From an uncultured Acidobacteriota bacterium (GTDB lineage: Bacteria; Acidobacteriota; Vicinamibacteria; Vicinamibacterales; CAVVIG01): DNA of 64,000 nt. Of this stretch, positions 22,004-35,098 are shown in pieces. The translations under genes were made by a program, and so were the position numbers. The stretch spans positions 43,648 to 107,647 of the forward strand of contig CAWCDQ010000024.1 in the NCBI GenBank assembly GCA_963794305.1, read 5' to 3'. The notes under the pieces were generated by a model. It searched no databases. It was given only the letters and a program-made list of their open reading frames with translations, and was not told the origin of the DNA. The first letter of the stretch is position 1. Each line of letters starts with the position of its first letter.

Positions 22004-22756
22004 CGATGCGCTCCAGCCGTCCACGTAGGTCACGATCCGCTCGACCGCCTCGAGGTAGGGCTTGAAGAGACGCTCGGCATCGGCTGACGAGATGTCGTGC
22101 GCGCCCGCAAGTTTCGTGACTTCCGCCACCGCGCTGTTCGGTGTTCCGAGCGTCCTCTCGACGTGCCGCGCCGCCGACGCGGTGTCGTCGGTGTCGTGTC
22201 CCTCGAGCCGCGCGATGCTGGTCACCAGCGCCGCGAACGCCGCGGCGGATCGGACGATGAGCACGGCGAGCGCATCGGCGCGTCCGCGCGTTTCGAGGAA
22301 GCCTTCGCGCAGGTGGAGCAGATGGCTGCGGGCCTGCACTTCGCACGCGCGGCGAAGATCGGCTGGATCGACGCTGAGCGCATCGAACGGGTTGCTGCCC
22401 GGCGACGACCGAGTGATCGGCGAGGATCGCGCCGAATTCGAGCGGGAACGCGTCGAGCGACTGCGCGAACTCGTGATCGGCGATGAGGAGCGGCGTCGCC
22501 AGCCCCGCGTCGTGCCAGGCGTCGATGCGGACCGCGCACGCGCGCAGATCGGCGGCCGTCATCGAATCGACGACGGCGAGCGTATGCGTCGCCGGCGCAT
22601 CGTGGCCGTGCCCGGCGGCCTGCCCGCCGTGTCCCTCACGTGTGCATGTCCGGCAGCGTGCGTTCGCTGTCCGTAGACGACGAGCGATTGCAACCGGCTG
22701 CCAAAAACGTCGCGGAGCTCGCGCTCCAGCATCTGAACAGCGTCGGAGGAAGCCAT
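22000..22756 (-). CDS. Nucleotidyltransferase-like protein of the LemA/TPM locus, frameshifted
   Basis: VFGSRLQSLVVYG, SLDAFPLEF, HLLHLREGF. Confidence 0.7.
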
Positions 22757-22787
22757 GGCTCTCATTGTACGGTCTACAATGACGGCA
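22757..22787. promoter_or_regulatory. Back-to-back divergent -10 boxes (TACAAT on both strands), each 7 nt from an ATG
   Basis: + TACAAT 22775-22780 then ATG 22788; - TACAAT 22769-22764 then ATG 22756; no SD sequence. Confidence 0.7.
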
Positions 22788-23760
22788 ATGCGCCTGCGCC
22801 AGTTCAACGTCGGCTGCTTCGGTGGCGGCACCGGGCTCCCGAGCCTGCTGGGCGGCTTGAAGCAGAACCCGTGGCTGCACCTCAACGCCGTCGTGACCAT
22901 GTTCGACAGCGGTGGGAGCTCCGGCCAGCTGCGTGACGAGCTCGGGGTCCTGCCGCCCGGCGACATCCTGAAATGCGCGCTCGCCCTGGCGCGCAACGCC
23001 CGTGAGGCGCGCCGCGTCCTGCTCGCCCGGCTTCCAACGCTCGAGCACGCAAAGCTCGGCGGCCATACCGGCGGGAATCTGCTGCTGTCGATGATGCAGC
23101 GCTACAGCGGCGACTTTCTCGACGCCATCGACGGCCTTCGCGCGCTGCTCGGCTGCAAGGGGCGTGTCTGGCCGGTGAGCGTGCAGCAGGCGTCTGTCTG
23201 CGCCGAGTACGGAGACGGCTACGCGACCCGCGGCGAAGTCGAGGTCGACGCCGGGCAGACGTCCGGACGCTTCGTGCGCCGGATCTGGCTCGAGCCTCCC
23301 GTATCGATTCATCCGCTGGTGGCGAAGGCGATCAGCCAGTTCGACGCCGTCATCATCGGTCCCGGCAGCTTCTACACCAGCCTGATGCCGATCTTTCTCG
23401 TTCGAGGCGTCGTCCGAGGCGCTGGCGGAGATGAAGGGGCCGATCATTCTCATCGCCAACCTGCTGACCGAAGGACGCGGCATGCTCGGGTTCACCGCCG
23501 CCGACGCGGTCGCACGGATAGAAGAAGCCACCGGCCGCAAGGTCGACGTGGTGATCACCAACATGAAGTGGCCGTCGCCGCAGGTGCTCAGCCGCTACGC
23601 GCAGGAGCACAAGGAGCCGCTCTCGCCGGGCAGCCTGCCGGCTCATTGCGAGCTGGTCGGCGGGGAATTCTGGACCGGCGAAATCGCCCGCCACGATCGC
23701 CTCCGCCTGGCGTATGCGGTCTGGAGCGTGCTGTCGAAGCGCCTGCTCGCGGGAGACTAA
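22788..23760 (+). CDS. YvcK/CofD-like protein, frameshift near 23412
   Basis: GGGTGL, DSGGSSGQLRDELGVLPPGD, GHTGGNL, GPGSFYTS, RHD. Confidence 0.9.
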
Positions 23761-23765
23761 AGAAG

Positions 23766-23840
23766 GAACCGCGGAGACCGCAAAAAACGCAGAGCGTTGT
23801 AGGGGCGGACCCGCGTGTCTGCCCAGGGGCCGGCCCCTAC
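23766..23840. repeat. AACCGCGGAG periodic arm followed by a GTAG REP doublet
   Basis: gaaccgcggag-accgcaaaa-aacgcagag; gtaggggcggacccgcgtgtctgccc...gcccctac. Confidence 0.75.
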
Positions 23841-23866
23841 ATTGACTAGTTCTGCGACGCGTTCTC

Positions 23867-26800
23867 TTATCGTTTGATCAGATCGGTCACGGAGAACAGC
23901 CGGCCGCCGCGCATCACGCGCTTCACGTCTCTCGTGTTGCGGATGTCCGTCAGCGGATCGCTGCCAAGGAACGTCAGGTCCGCCAGTTTGCCCGTTTCGA
24001 TCGTCCCGACTTCGGCGGCGATGCCCAGGGCCTGCGCCGCGTTGACGGTCGCCGTCTGCAGCGCCTGGAACGGCGTCAGCCCGGCGTGCACGTAGGACTC
24101 GAGCTCCACGTGCAGTCCCAATCCGTACGGCACGATTGGCGAGTCGGTGCCGGCGAGAATCGTCCCGCCTCCCGCGGCGATCGCCTTCAGCGTGGCTTCG
24201 TACGGCGCGATGGCGCGATCGCGGGCGGGATCGCGTTGCGCCGCCGCCAGGTCGGTCAGCTCCGCCACCACGGGAAGCGGAAACAGCGCCAGCCGCGGAT
24301 CGAACAGCAGCGTCTTGTCACCCGCTTCGCGCGCCGCAAACGCGCCCATGATGCCGATGGTCGGCGTGAGCGTGACGCCCGACTTCGCGATCAGATCGAT
24401 CACGTCCTGGTAGGCGCGGCCGGCCGTGCTGAGCTTCGGCGAGTACCCGCGCCGGCTCGTGCCGCTCAGATGTTCGATGCCGTCGACGCCGTACGCGACG
24501 GCGGGGAACAGCTCGTGCGAGGTCACCGGCCTGTTGATGCCGTGCGCAAACTCGACGATGCGCTTTTGCAGCCTGTCCGGCAGACGCACGTACGTCTTGA
24601 AGAAGTCGACGCCCAGCGTGGCCGCGCGGTCGAGCTCTCGATCCGCCTGCTCGTCCGTCGTGACGGACACGCCGCCCGGGTAGTACACACGCGCGCCGTC
24701 GAACGGATCGCCGGCGATGAAGACGCGCGGCCCGGGCCGTCGTCCGGCGTCGAATGCTTCCCGCTGCTCGAGCCCGGCGTATGGGTTGATCGAGGGGATC
24801 CGCAGGCTGGTGATGCCGTACGCCAGCCACACGCGGCCGAAGTTCGCTCCATACCCGTCGTCGAGGTGCGCGTGCATCTCGACCAGGCCGGGGATCACAT
24901 ACTCGCTCGACGCGTCCACGACCGTCCCCACGTGCAGTTCGTCGTGATGCGCCTCGATGCGACGGATGACGCCGGATTCGATCACGATGTCCGACTCGCC
25001 GCGCATCGCTTCCAGTGTGCTGTCGAGCACATGTCCTGCGTGGACGACGATGCGCTCGGGCGTTGCGGCGTTACGCCAGGAGAGATCGAGCGGAATGGAA
25101 TCGGGCAGGCCGCCGTCGGCGAGGACGCGGCGCAGACCTCGCGGCGTCTGGTAGACGATGTGCCGCGAATCGCCTTCCCAGCTGGGCGACTCGGGTTGAT
25201 CCCCGGCAATCGCGTGGGGCGGCGCAGTGGCGCCGCCGCGCTCGTCTACGGGGACGACCCACAGCGTGCCTTCGCTGACAAACGCCATGCGGAAACCGTC
25301 GGGCGACCAGACAGGGCCCGTGTCCTGACGATTGCCGGCGGAGTGTTCCGGGAAGATCACCGACGACGAGACGCCGCTGCTGTTCGCGGAGTACAGCAGC
25401 AGCTGGTTCAATCCCTCGCGATAGCGGTTCGAGTACGGCAGCAGTGCGCCGACCGCGATGGACTCGCTGTCGGCCGACCACGTCGGCCGCCCCAGCTCGC
25501 CATGCGCGGACGTGTCGAACGCGAAGCGATGGGCATCGCGTCGCAGATCGATGGCCGCGAGTGCCCGGTGATCGATCAGGAACGCGATGTGGTTGCCGTC
25601 GGGCGACCATGCCGGGCCCGAGACGCGGCCGCGCTCCTTCGTCAGCTGCGAGAGGCTGTTGTCGCGAAGGTCGCGCAGCCAGAGGTCCATCTTGCCGCCG
25701 CGGTCGCTCGCGAACGCGATCCGCGTGCTGTCGGGCGACCACGCCGGATCGATGTCCATCGCCGCGTCGTTGGTGAGCTGCACCGGCTGCTGGCCGGCCG
25801 GCAGCAGCCACAGATCGCCCATCGCCGTGAAGGCGATCGCGCGGCCGTCCGGAGAGACAACCGGACCGTTGATGCCGGCGAGCTTTTGCGGACCGGAAGG
25901 TTCGAGCGCGCGATGCGCGATCGTGTAGGAGCTTCGTTGCAGCGAGACCCTCGCGCTGAAAGGAACTGACGATGACGCCTCAGTCCGGCGATTTCGCGCC
26001 GCGCATGATGTTGCCGTTTGCGGTGTAGAGGATCTCGGTGGACGAGAGCCACTGCGGCTTGAACGGGAACACATCGTCGTGGGCGGCGTCAGCGGACTCG
26101 CGCCGAGAAACACGACCGCCAGGCCGGCGGCGGTTCGACGTCTGCCGGTGTAGAGCGTTCCTCGCCGGAGACATACGCGATTTGAGCGCCGTTGGCGCTC
26201 CACGCCGCGGCTGCCGGCGTCGTGTCGACAGCACGGTCGCGTTCGACCGGCAGCAGGAGCCGGTCGCGTCCGTTCGAGCTCGCGAACAATGCCGGGAGCG
26301 CGGGCAGCGGATCCCTGGCACTTTGCCCGTCGCTGTCGAGCGCGACGAACGTGAGTCGTGATCGTCCGGCGACCAGGCCGGCATCCAGCCGTCGCGCGTG
26401 CTGATCCGGCTGCACCTCGCCGGTGGCGACCGCGACTTCCAGATGGTGGTGATGCCGCCGTAGCGATCCGACGAGAAGGCGATGCGCGAACCGTCGTGCG
26501 ACCATGCGGGTTCGCGGTCGTCGAACGGCCCGCTCGTGATCGCCTTCGCGTCGCCGCCGTCGCGCGCGATGACGTAGATGTGCCAGGCGCCGTCCTCGTA
26601 GCCCTGGAACGCGATCGACTGGCTGTCGGGCGACCAGGTGGGCTGCCGGGCCTCGAGCAGTTCCGGCGTGATCCTCTTCGCCTCGCCGCCGCGGAACGGA
26701 AGGATCCAGATCGCGCCGAGCAGATCGATCGCGATGGATTGGCCGTCGGGCGACGCCGCGGCCGCCATCGACGTGCCTTGCGTGAGGGTGAGATCGATCT

Positions 26801-26903
26801 GACGGGTGGCGGTGACGTCCTGCCGCGCGCCTGCCGACCCGAGGGTCGCTCCGGCGGCGAGCACGGCAAGCCCGAGAGACAGGACGATGCGTCCTGGAAT
26901 CAT
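23867..26903 (-). CDS. Secreted amidohydrolase with TolB/PD40 beta-propeller repeats, frameshifted
   Basis: Repeated PxWSPDG; PGLVEMHAH; AGTDSP; GKLADL. Confidence 0.88.
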
Positions 26904-27703
26904 TTCTTTTTCGCGGCGCTCTTCCTCGTCGGCGTGGCGGATTTCTGGACCAGCCTTCTTCTTTGGACGCTCCGCGGCGTTCGTGGTCTTCGTGTGCGCG
27001 GCGCTCTGCGCTCTTCGCGCCGCCGGTTCGCGCGGCCTTGATTTCAGCGGCACGCTCGATGATCTGTTCGAACATCGCGCCCGTGTCGCCGCCTTTGGCG
27101 GGCCGGTTCGATTCCCAGATGGCCGGGTTGTCCTCGGCGAGGATGTCCTCGAAGTCGCCGTCGCTCTTGACGCTGCGCGGCGCGAACTCGGCGATGTCGA
27201 CATCGCCCGCCCAGTCGTCGCGGTGCTTGATCAGCAGCCAGCTGCGGTCGCCGCCGCCGCGCGCGCCGGGGTAGCGGCCGCCCGTCTTCACCAGCACCCA
27301 CGAGCCCTTCAGCTTGTAGCCGTCCAGCGTGAACTTCAGATCGCCCTTCTTCAGCGCCGCATCCACATCGTCCTGCTCCGGCGTCCAGGTGCCTCGGTCC
27401 CAGAGCATGACGATGCCGGCGCCGTAGCCTTCGGGGATGACGCCTTCGAACTCGCCGTAGGCGACCGGGTGATCCTCGACGTGCATCGCGAGCCGCTTCG
27501 TCTTCGGATCGAGCGACGGTCCCTTCGGGCACCGCCCACGACAGCAGCACGCCGTTGTGCTCGAGGCGGAAGTCGTAGTGCAGGTGGCTGGCGAGATGCT
27601 TCTGCACGCAGAAGAACCGCTCGGCCCGCTTCGGCGCGACGGTGCCTTCGGGCTCGGGCGTCTTCTTGAAGTCGCGCTTGCGCTTGTATTCTTCGAGTGC
27701 CAT
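26900..27703 (-). CDS. Stand-alone LigD 3'-phosphoesterase domain protein, frameshifted
   Basis: LEEYKRKRDFKKTPEP, QKHLASHLHYDFRLE, LSWAVP, HVEDHP, GYGAG. Confidence 0.9.
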
Positions 27704-27705
27704 GA

Positions 27706-29211
<1,506 letters not shown>

Positions 29212-29240
29212 GGCACGAAGAATACAATGATTGTGTCGAC

Positions 29241-30683
29241 ATGCGCAGTGCGCTCCTCGTCAGCACGTACGAGATGGGACGGCAGCCGTTCGGGCTCGCG
29301 TCGGCCGCGGCGTGGCTGCGCGCCGGCGGCTGGACGGTGGCGTGCGTCGACGCCGCGAAGGAGAAGCTGCGAGCCGAGACGTCTGAGCGGGCCGCAGCTC
29401 ATCGCGTTTCATCTGCCGATGCACACCGCGACGCGGCTGGCCGGTCCGGTGATCGCGGCGGCACGGCGTGCGAACCCGGCGGCGCGCATCTGCGCGTTCG
29501 GTCTGTACGCGCCGCTGAACGCCGAGTGGCTGCGCGGCCTCGGCGTCGACGAGATCTTCGGCGGCGAGTTCGAGGAAGACCTGGCCGCGTGGGCAGGTCG
29601 ACGCTGGAACCGCAGAGCACGCCAGGCACGCAGAGACAAAACCATTCTCTGCGGCCTCTGCGGTACTCCGCGGTTCATGCCGGGCGTCAGCTCTGCCGCG
29701 GATTCACTTCCTCGTCCCCGATCGGACGGGCCTGCCGCCGCTGTCGAAATACGCGACGCTGCAGATGCCCGGCGGCGAGCGCCGGCTGGTCGGCTACACC
29801 GAGGCCAGCCGCGGCTGCCGGCACCTGTGCCGGCACTGTCCGGTCGTGCCGATCTACAACGGACAGTTCCGCGTCGTGCAGCCGGACGTCGTCGCTCGCC
29901 GACATCGCCGCGCAGGTCGCCGGCCGGCGCGCGGCACATCACCTTCGGCGATCCCGACTTCTTCAACGGTCCGACGCACGCGATGCGGATCGTCGACGGC
30001 GCTGCACGAAGCGCACCCGGGCGTCAGCTACGACGTCACGATCAAGGTCGAGCACCTGCTGCAGCATCGCGATCTCGTGCCGCGGCTGGCGGCGACCGGC
30101 TGCGCCTTCGTGACGAGCGCGGTCGAATCGGTCGACGACGAGGTGCTGCGGCGTGTTCGACAAGGGACACACGCGGGCCGACTTCCTCGAGGCCGTCGCG
30201 CTCTGCCGCGAATCGGGCGTCGACGCTCGTGCCGACCTTCGTCGCGTTTCACCCGTGGCTGACGCTGGACGCCTACTGCGACCTGCTCGACACGATCGAC
30301 GCGCTCGATCTGGTCGATCACGTCGCGCCGATTCAGCTCGCCATCCGTCTGCTCGTGCCGCAAGGATCGCGGCTGCTGGAGCTCGACGACATGCGCGTCC
30401 ACCTCGGCGCGTTCGACCCGGAGACGCTGACGTACCGGTGGGCGCATCCCGACGCCGCGCGTCGACGAGCTGCAGCGCGACGTCATGGCCCTGGTCGGCA
30501 CCCGCCTCACGGCGGATCGCCGGCGGTTGTTCGACGAGGTCCGCGGCGCTCGCGCACGAGCGCGCCGGCCGCGCGGTCGCGCCCGATACCCGGCCCGTTC
30601 GTGCGCGTGCGACCGTGCCGTACCTGAACGAACCCTGGTACTGTTGAGCGGAGCCCAATGCAGAGCAGGTGGCTCTGTTGTGA
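29241..30683 (+). CDS. CUAEP-tail radical SAM selenoprotein (TGA 30645-30647 read as Sec), frameshifted
   Basis: [14 protein letters not shown]; CxxxCxx[13 protein letters not shown]; [13 protein letters not shown]; tail [24 protein letters not shown]-stop. Confidence 0.88.
29607..29676. repeat. AACCGCnGAG-family hairpin inserted in the rSAM inter-domain linker
   Basis: gaaccgcagag-cacgccagg-cacgcagaga...tctctgcggc-ctctgcggta-ctccgcggttc. Confidence 0.8.
30648..30678 (+). promoter_or_regulatory. Putative bacterial SECIS element
   Basis: Stem gcagagc/gctctgt (30660-30678) with G-containing loop aggtg, starting about 12 nt after the in-frame UGA. Confidence 0.7.
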
Positions 30684-30689
30684 ACGACG

Positions 30690-31982
30690 ATGCCCCGTGT
30701 CTTACTGTTAGCGACGACGACCGGCTACCAGACGCGCGCGTTCGGCGACGCCGCCGCGCGGCTCGGGATCGAACTCGTCTTCGCGACGGATCGGTGTCAC
30801 CTGATCGAGGATCCGTGGCAGGACCACGCGATTCCGATCCGCTTCTACGACGAGGACGCGTCCGTGGCCGCCATCCTCGAGTCGGCTGCCGCCCGGCCGC
30901 TCGACGGCCTGATCGTGGTTGGCGATCGGCCGACCGTCATCGCGGCCCGCGTCGCCGGAGCATCTCGGGTTGCCGTGGCATCCCGCCGAAGGCGCGGCCG
31001 CGGCCCGGCACAAGCTGCTGACGCGCGAACGGCTCCGCGATGCGGGCCTGCCCGTGCCGTGGTTCGTTCCCGTGGCCATCGACCATGAGCCATCAGCCAT
31101 CAGCCATCAGCCATTGACGTATCCCTGCGTCCTCAAGCCGGTCGCGCTGTCGGGCAGCCGCGGCGTGATGCGGGCCGACAACGCCGAAGGGCTCGTCGCG
31201 GCGTTCGCGCGGCTGCAGGCGCTCATGCGGCAGCCGGACGTGCTGCGCCGAGCGGAACGAGGCGCACACGACGGCGCTCATCGAAGGATTCATTCCCGGC
31301 CGTGAGTACGCGCTCGAAGGGCTGCTGACCGGCGGCAGGCTGCACACGCTCGCGATCTTCGACAAGCCCGATCCGCTGGACGGCCCGTTCTTCGAGGAGA
31401 CGATCTATCTCACGCCCTCGTCCGCAACCGACGACGTGCAGCGCGCCATCGTCGGCAGTGTCGGCCGCGCCGCCGCCGCGCTCGGCTTGCGCCACGGTCC
31501 GATCCACGCCGAGTGCCGGGTGAACGCTGAAGGCGTCTTCGTGCTCGAAGTCGCCGCCCGGCCGATCGGCGGCCTGTGTGCGCGCGCGCTGCGCTTCCAG
31601 TCTCAATCCGCAATCCGCAATCCGCAATCCGCAATGTCTCTCGAGGAGCTCCTCCTTCGTCACGCGCTTGGCGAAGATCCCGACCGCGTACGTGCGCGAA
31701 TCGCCGGCGTCCGGCGTCATGATGATTCCCATTCCGCAGCGCGGCGTGTATCGCCGGGTCGACGGCGTGGACGACGCGCGCGGTGTCGCCGGCGTGGACG
31801 ACATTCAGATCACGGCGAAGCCGGACCAGCTGCTGGTGCCGCTGCCGGAGGGCGCGAGCTATCTGGGATTCATCTTCGCGCGCGGCGCCGATTCGAGCGA
31901 CGTCGAGCGCGCGCTGCGCGACGCGCACGCGCGGCTCGTGTTCACCGTCGATGCCGAGTTGCCGGTGCTCGCGGCACGCTAA
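30690..31982 (+). CDS. ATP-grasp domain protein (amino-acid ligase-like), frameshifted
   Basis: YPCVLKPVALSGSRGV, IEGFIPGREY, FDKPDPLDGPFFEETIY, HAE, LEVAARPIGG. Confidence 0.88.
31604..31635 (+). repeat. (CAATCCG)4 tandem repeat inside the ATP-grasp CDS
   Basis: caatccgcaatccgcaatccgcaatccgcaat, encoding QSAIRNPQSA. Confidence 0.85.
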
Positions 31983-32001
31983 GTACACTACAATCGCCAC
32001 C

Positions 32002-32336
32002 ATGGCTGATTCCTGCGGACCCTCCGGCCCGCCGCGCCCGGCGCCGCATCGACCAACACCAGCGGCCGCAAGGTGATGTGCGTGAAGTTCCAGAAGGAGC
32101 TGCCCGGGCTCGACGCGGTGCCCTGGCCCGGTGAGCTCGGTCAGCGCATCTACGACAACGTGTCGAAGGACGCCTGGAAGCTCTGGGAAGAGCGGATGAA
32201 GATGATCCTCAACGAGTACCGCCTGATGCCCTGGCAGAAGGAAGCGCAGGACCTCGTGGCCAAGCACATGGAAGATTTTTTCTTCGGAGACGGCGCCGCG
32301 TTACCACCTGGATACGTCCCGCAGCAGGCCAAATAG
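32002..32336 (+). CDS. yggX: Oxidative damage protection / Fe(II)-trafficking protein (YggX family)
   Basis: CVKFQKELPGLD..PWPGELGQRIYDNVSKDAW...MILNEYRL; N-terminus in a shifted frame. Confidence 0.88.
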
Positions 32337-32706
32337 GGTCCTCGGCTCTCCGCAGTCATTCGCTACTTTCTACAAGCCCTTCTGTAGCAAACCACTGCAA
32401 CTCTGCAGTAGGCGGCCATTTTTCATCATCGAATAAGTCCCATAAAATCAGCTAGTTGCGGGTGGCCTTCTCGGAGGCCGTCGGGCACAGAGTTTGATAA
32501 TCGTCCAGGTGCGATGGGAGTGCATCTGAGCGGCGTCGGCCGACGGCTACCGGTGCAACGCGGCTCCGGATGAGCCAGGCGACGTGCAGCGATTCGGAGG
32601 AAACGCCCTGTCGAGGTCGAGTAAAAAGGGGCAGCGCGCCGTTTATGCATAGTCGCGGCTGAAGAGATTGGGCAGAGTGTTAGCAACGAATACGGAGGGA
32701 TAATCG

Positions 32707-32937
32707 GTGACTACAGGTGAACGCAAGGAACGGCGGGGATTCGCGTCGATGTCGGCCGAGAAGCAGCGCGAGATTGCCAGCAAGGGCGGGCGCGCTGCGC
32801 ACGAGAAGGGCACGGCTCACGAGTGGACCGCCGACGAGGCCAGAAACGCCGGCCGCAAGGGCGGTCAGGTGAGCCGCGGCGGACGAGGCCGGCTCATCGT
32901 TCCGTCCGACGCGCCGCAACCAGAGACGACTGTCTGA
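32707..32937 (+). CDS. KGG-repeat general stress protein
   Basis: RGFASMSAEKQREIASKGG, HEWTADEARNAGRKGG; SD ggaggga upstream. Confidence 0.92.
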   Translation: MTTGERKERRGFASMSAEKQREIASKGGRAAHEKGTAHEWTADEARNAGRKGGQVSRGGRGRLIVPSDAPQPETTV

Positions 32938-33003
32938 AGGTGCGGCGGAAAATCGTGCAGAATGACCCGTTCGATCGAGCGAACGCTTTGGAGGCGACTA
33001 ACA

Positions 33004-34735
33004 ATGGCAAGACGCGTCGCCGTGATCTGTGCGTTGACGCTCGCCGTGGCGGCGAGCGCACGCGCACAGAGCGGCTCTTCAGGGACATCCACGGGGCAGA
33101 GTACCACCGCCACCCAAGCGTCGTCCTCGTCGACCGCGGAGGAGACGCGGCCGGCGACGACGACGTTCAACGGAGACACTGGTCTGTGGTTTGTGCCGAC
33201 CGGCGAGGTTCTCGGTAAGGGGCAATGGTCGACGAGCGTCTATCGCCGAGGCACGAACTGGATACAGGGCTACACGAACGTCGCTGACTTCGCGGGAACC
33301 TTTGCCTATGGCTTCGGTGGCCGCACCGAAGTCTTCGGGTCGTTCCTCGTCGACACCCGCATCGACCGCGACATCAGGCCCATCTTCGTGAACGATCCCG
33401 CCTTCGGCGGCTTCATCGATCGTTACCCCAAGGTCAATCAGGTACTGGACCGGCGACAACGTCGGCGACTTCTACGTTGGCGCGAAGTACAACATCTGGT
33501 CGGAATCCCGGAAGAATCCGGCGGCGATCGCCATCCGCGGCATGATCAAGCTGCCAACCGGCAACGCCGATGCGGGCGTGAGCACCGGCAAGGCGGATTT
33601 CTCCGTTGACGGGGTCGTCAGCAAGGAAACCAAGAAGAACGTGGAAGTGTCGGGGTACGGCGGCTACGAATGGCGTGGCAGTCCCGACGGATTCAATATT
33701 CCGGGCGGCGCATTCCGCTGGGGCTTCGGCGGGGCGTTTCCGTCGCGCAACCCCCTCCGGCTCAACGCCGAGTTGAACGGCTACGTGCCGTCGAGCGACG
33801 TGGCAACGACCACCACGCCGCTCATCGGTGTCGGATCTGAGCCGCGCGCCGCTGACCTCCAATACCGAGAACATCACCCGCGCCACGCTCGGCGTCACCT
33901 ATCAGACCAAGAAGGGTGTCTTCTTCGGCGCGGGTCTCAGCTGGAACGTCCCCACGCGCGCGACGCAGCGGAGCGTTCACCGACGAGCCCGACGTGATCG
34001 GCGACTACTACGACTGGCAGTTCCGGATCGGTTATCACCCGGGAGTGAAGACGTACGCACCGCCGCCGCCACCGGCTGCGGCACCCACGCCGGCTCCGGC
34101 GATTCCGGCGCCCGTGCACAACCTGAGCGTCAAGGCGGCGTGCGATCCGTGCACGGTCGAAGTCGGGAAGACGTCGACGGTGACGGCGACCGTGACCGAT
34201 TCGATCAGCTGCTCCGTGACGTATCGCTGGACCGCCCCGGGCGGCACGCTGGCGCAGCCGTCGGAACGTTCGACGATCTGGACGGCGCCGCAGCAGGAAG
34301 GCAGCGTGCCGGTGACGGTCACCGTGACCTGCCCGTCGGACAACAAGACCGCGTCCGACACGGTCAACATCCAGGTGACGCGTCCGCCGGTGCGGAACTA
34401 CACGTTCGAGGACGTCTACTTCGACTTCGACCGCTACTCGCTGCGGCCGGAAGCGACGCGCGTGCTCGACGAAGCGATCGCCGCGCTGCGGGAGAATCGC
34501 GACCCTGCGCGTGGAGATCGAAGGCCACACCTGCAGCATCGGCACGGCCGAGTACAACCTCGCGCTCGGCGACCGCCGCGCGAATGCCGTGAAGGACTAC
34601 CTCGTCAGCCGGGGCATCACCGCGGATCGGTTGCGGACGGTGAGCTACGGCGAGGAGAGGCCGAAGTACGACAACAGCCGCGAAGAAACGCGTCGTCTGA
34701 ACCGGCGCGCCGCTCTCGTGGTCAATCTGCGGTAG
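33004..34735 (+). CDS. OmpA family outer membrane protein (beta-barrel, Ig/PKD-like domain, OmpA C-domain), frameshifted
   Basis: Signal peptide; VYFDFDRY, IEGHT, YNLALGDRRA, SYGEERP, NRRA. Confidence 0.88.
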
Positions 34736-34744
34736 ACACAGACA

Positions 34745-34805
34745 GGGCTGAGGGACTGGGGGCTCGAGGGCTGGAGAGCACCTGAGCCTCCAGCCCTTGG
34801 CCACT
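34745..34805. repeat. GGGCTGA/AGCCC periodic hairpin after ompA (possible terminator)
   Basis: agggctgagggactggggctcgagggctgga...tgagcctccagccct. Confidence 0.55.
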
Positions 34806-34835
34806 GACGTCCCTCGGTTCCCACCGGAGGATCCT

Positions 34836-35024
34836 ATGCGCTTCATCCACCTCTTCCTGGTCGGTTACTTCCTCCTGGTTCTCGGCGCCGCGCTGGCGCT
34901 GTGGAAGGCCGGCGTTCTCGCTCACGTGAGTGGAACGTGGATGGCGATCGGCGCCATCATCGTCGTTGGCCTTGGCATCATGGTCGCGGTGTCGTCGGCC
35001 AAACCCGCCATTACTCGCGAATAA
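34836..35024 (+). CDS. Small two-TM membrane protein
   Basis: SD ggagg then ATG 34836; two hydrophobic helices. Confidence 0.75.
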   Translation: MRFIHLFLVGYFLLVLGAALALWKAGVLAHVSGTWMAIGAIIVVGLGIMVAVSSAKPAITRE

Positions 35025-35098
35025 GCCGTCGCCCAACGCCGCTGCAAGCCATTCGCCTGTCCTTCCCGCCACGGGATGGCACGCGTTATGGTTCTGTA

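Noticed and set aside
24086-25969. Long antisense or alternate-frame ORFs (also 41989-43593, 51445-53109, 9471-10730)
   Set aside because: High-GC shadows of well-supported genes; Arg/Ala-rich with no motifs.
26900-27703. Complete NHEJ locus
   Set aside because: Only the phosphoesterase domain is present; no Ku, ligase or polymerase domain in the window.
35077-35091. Sigma54 promoter before the TamA-like gene (TGGCACG...ATGG)
   Set aside because: The -12 element deviates from TTGC and is very close to the start; not supportable from sequence alone.
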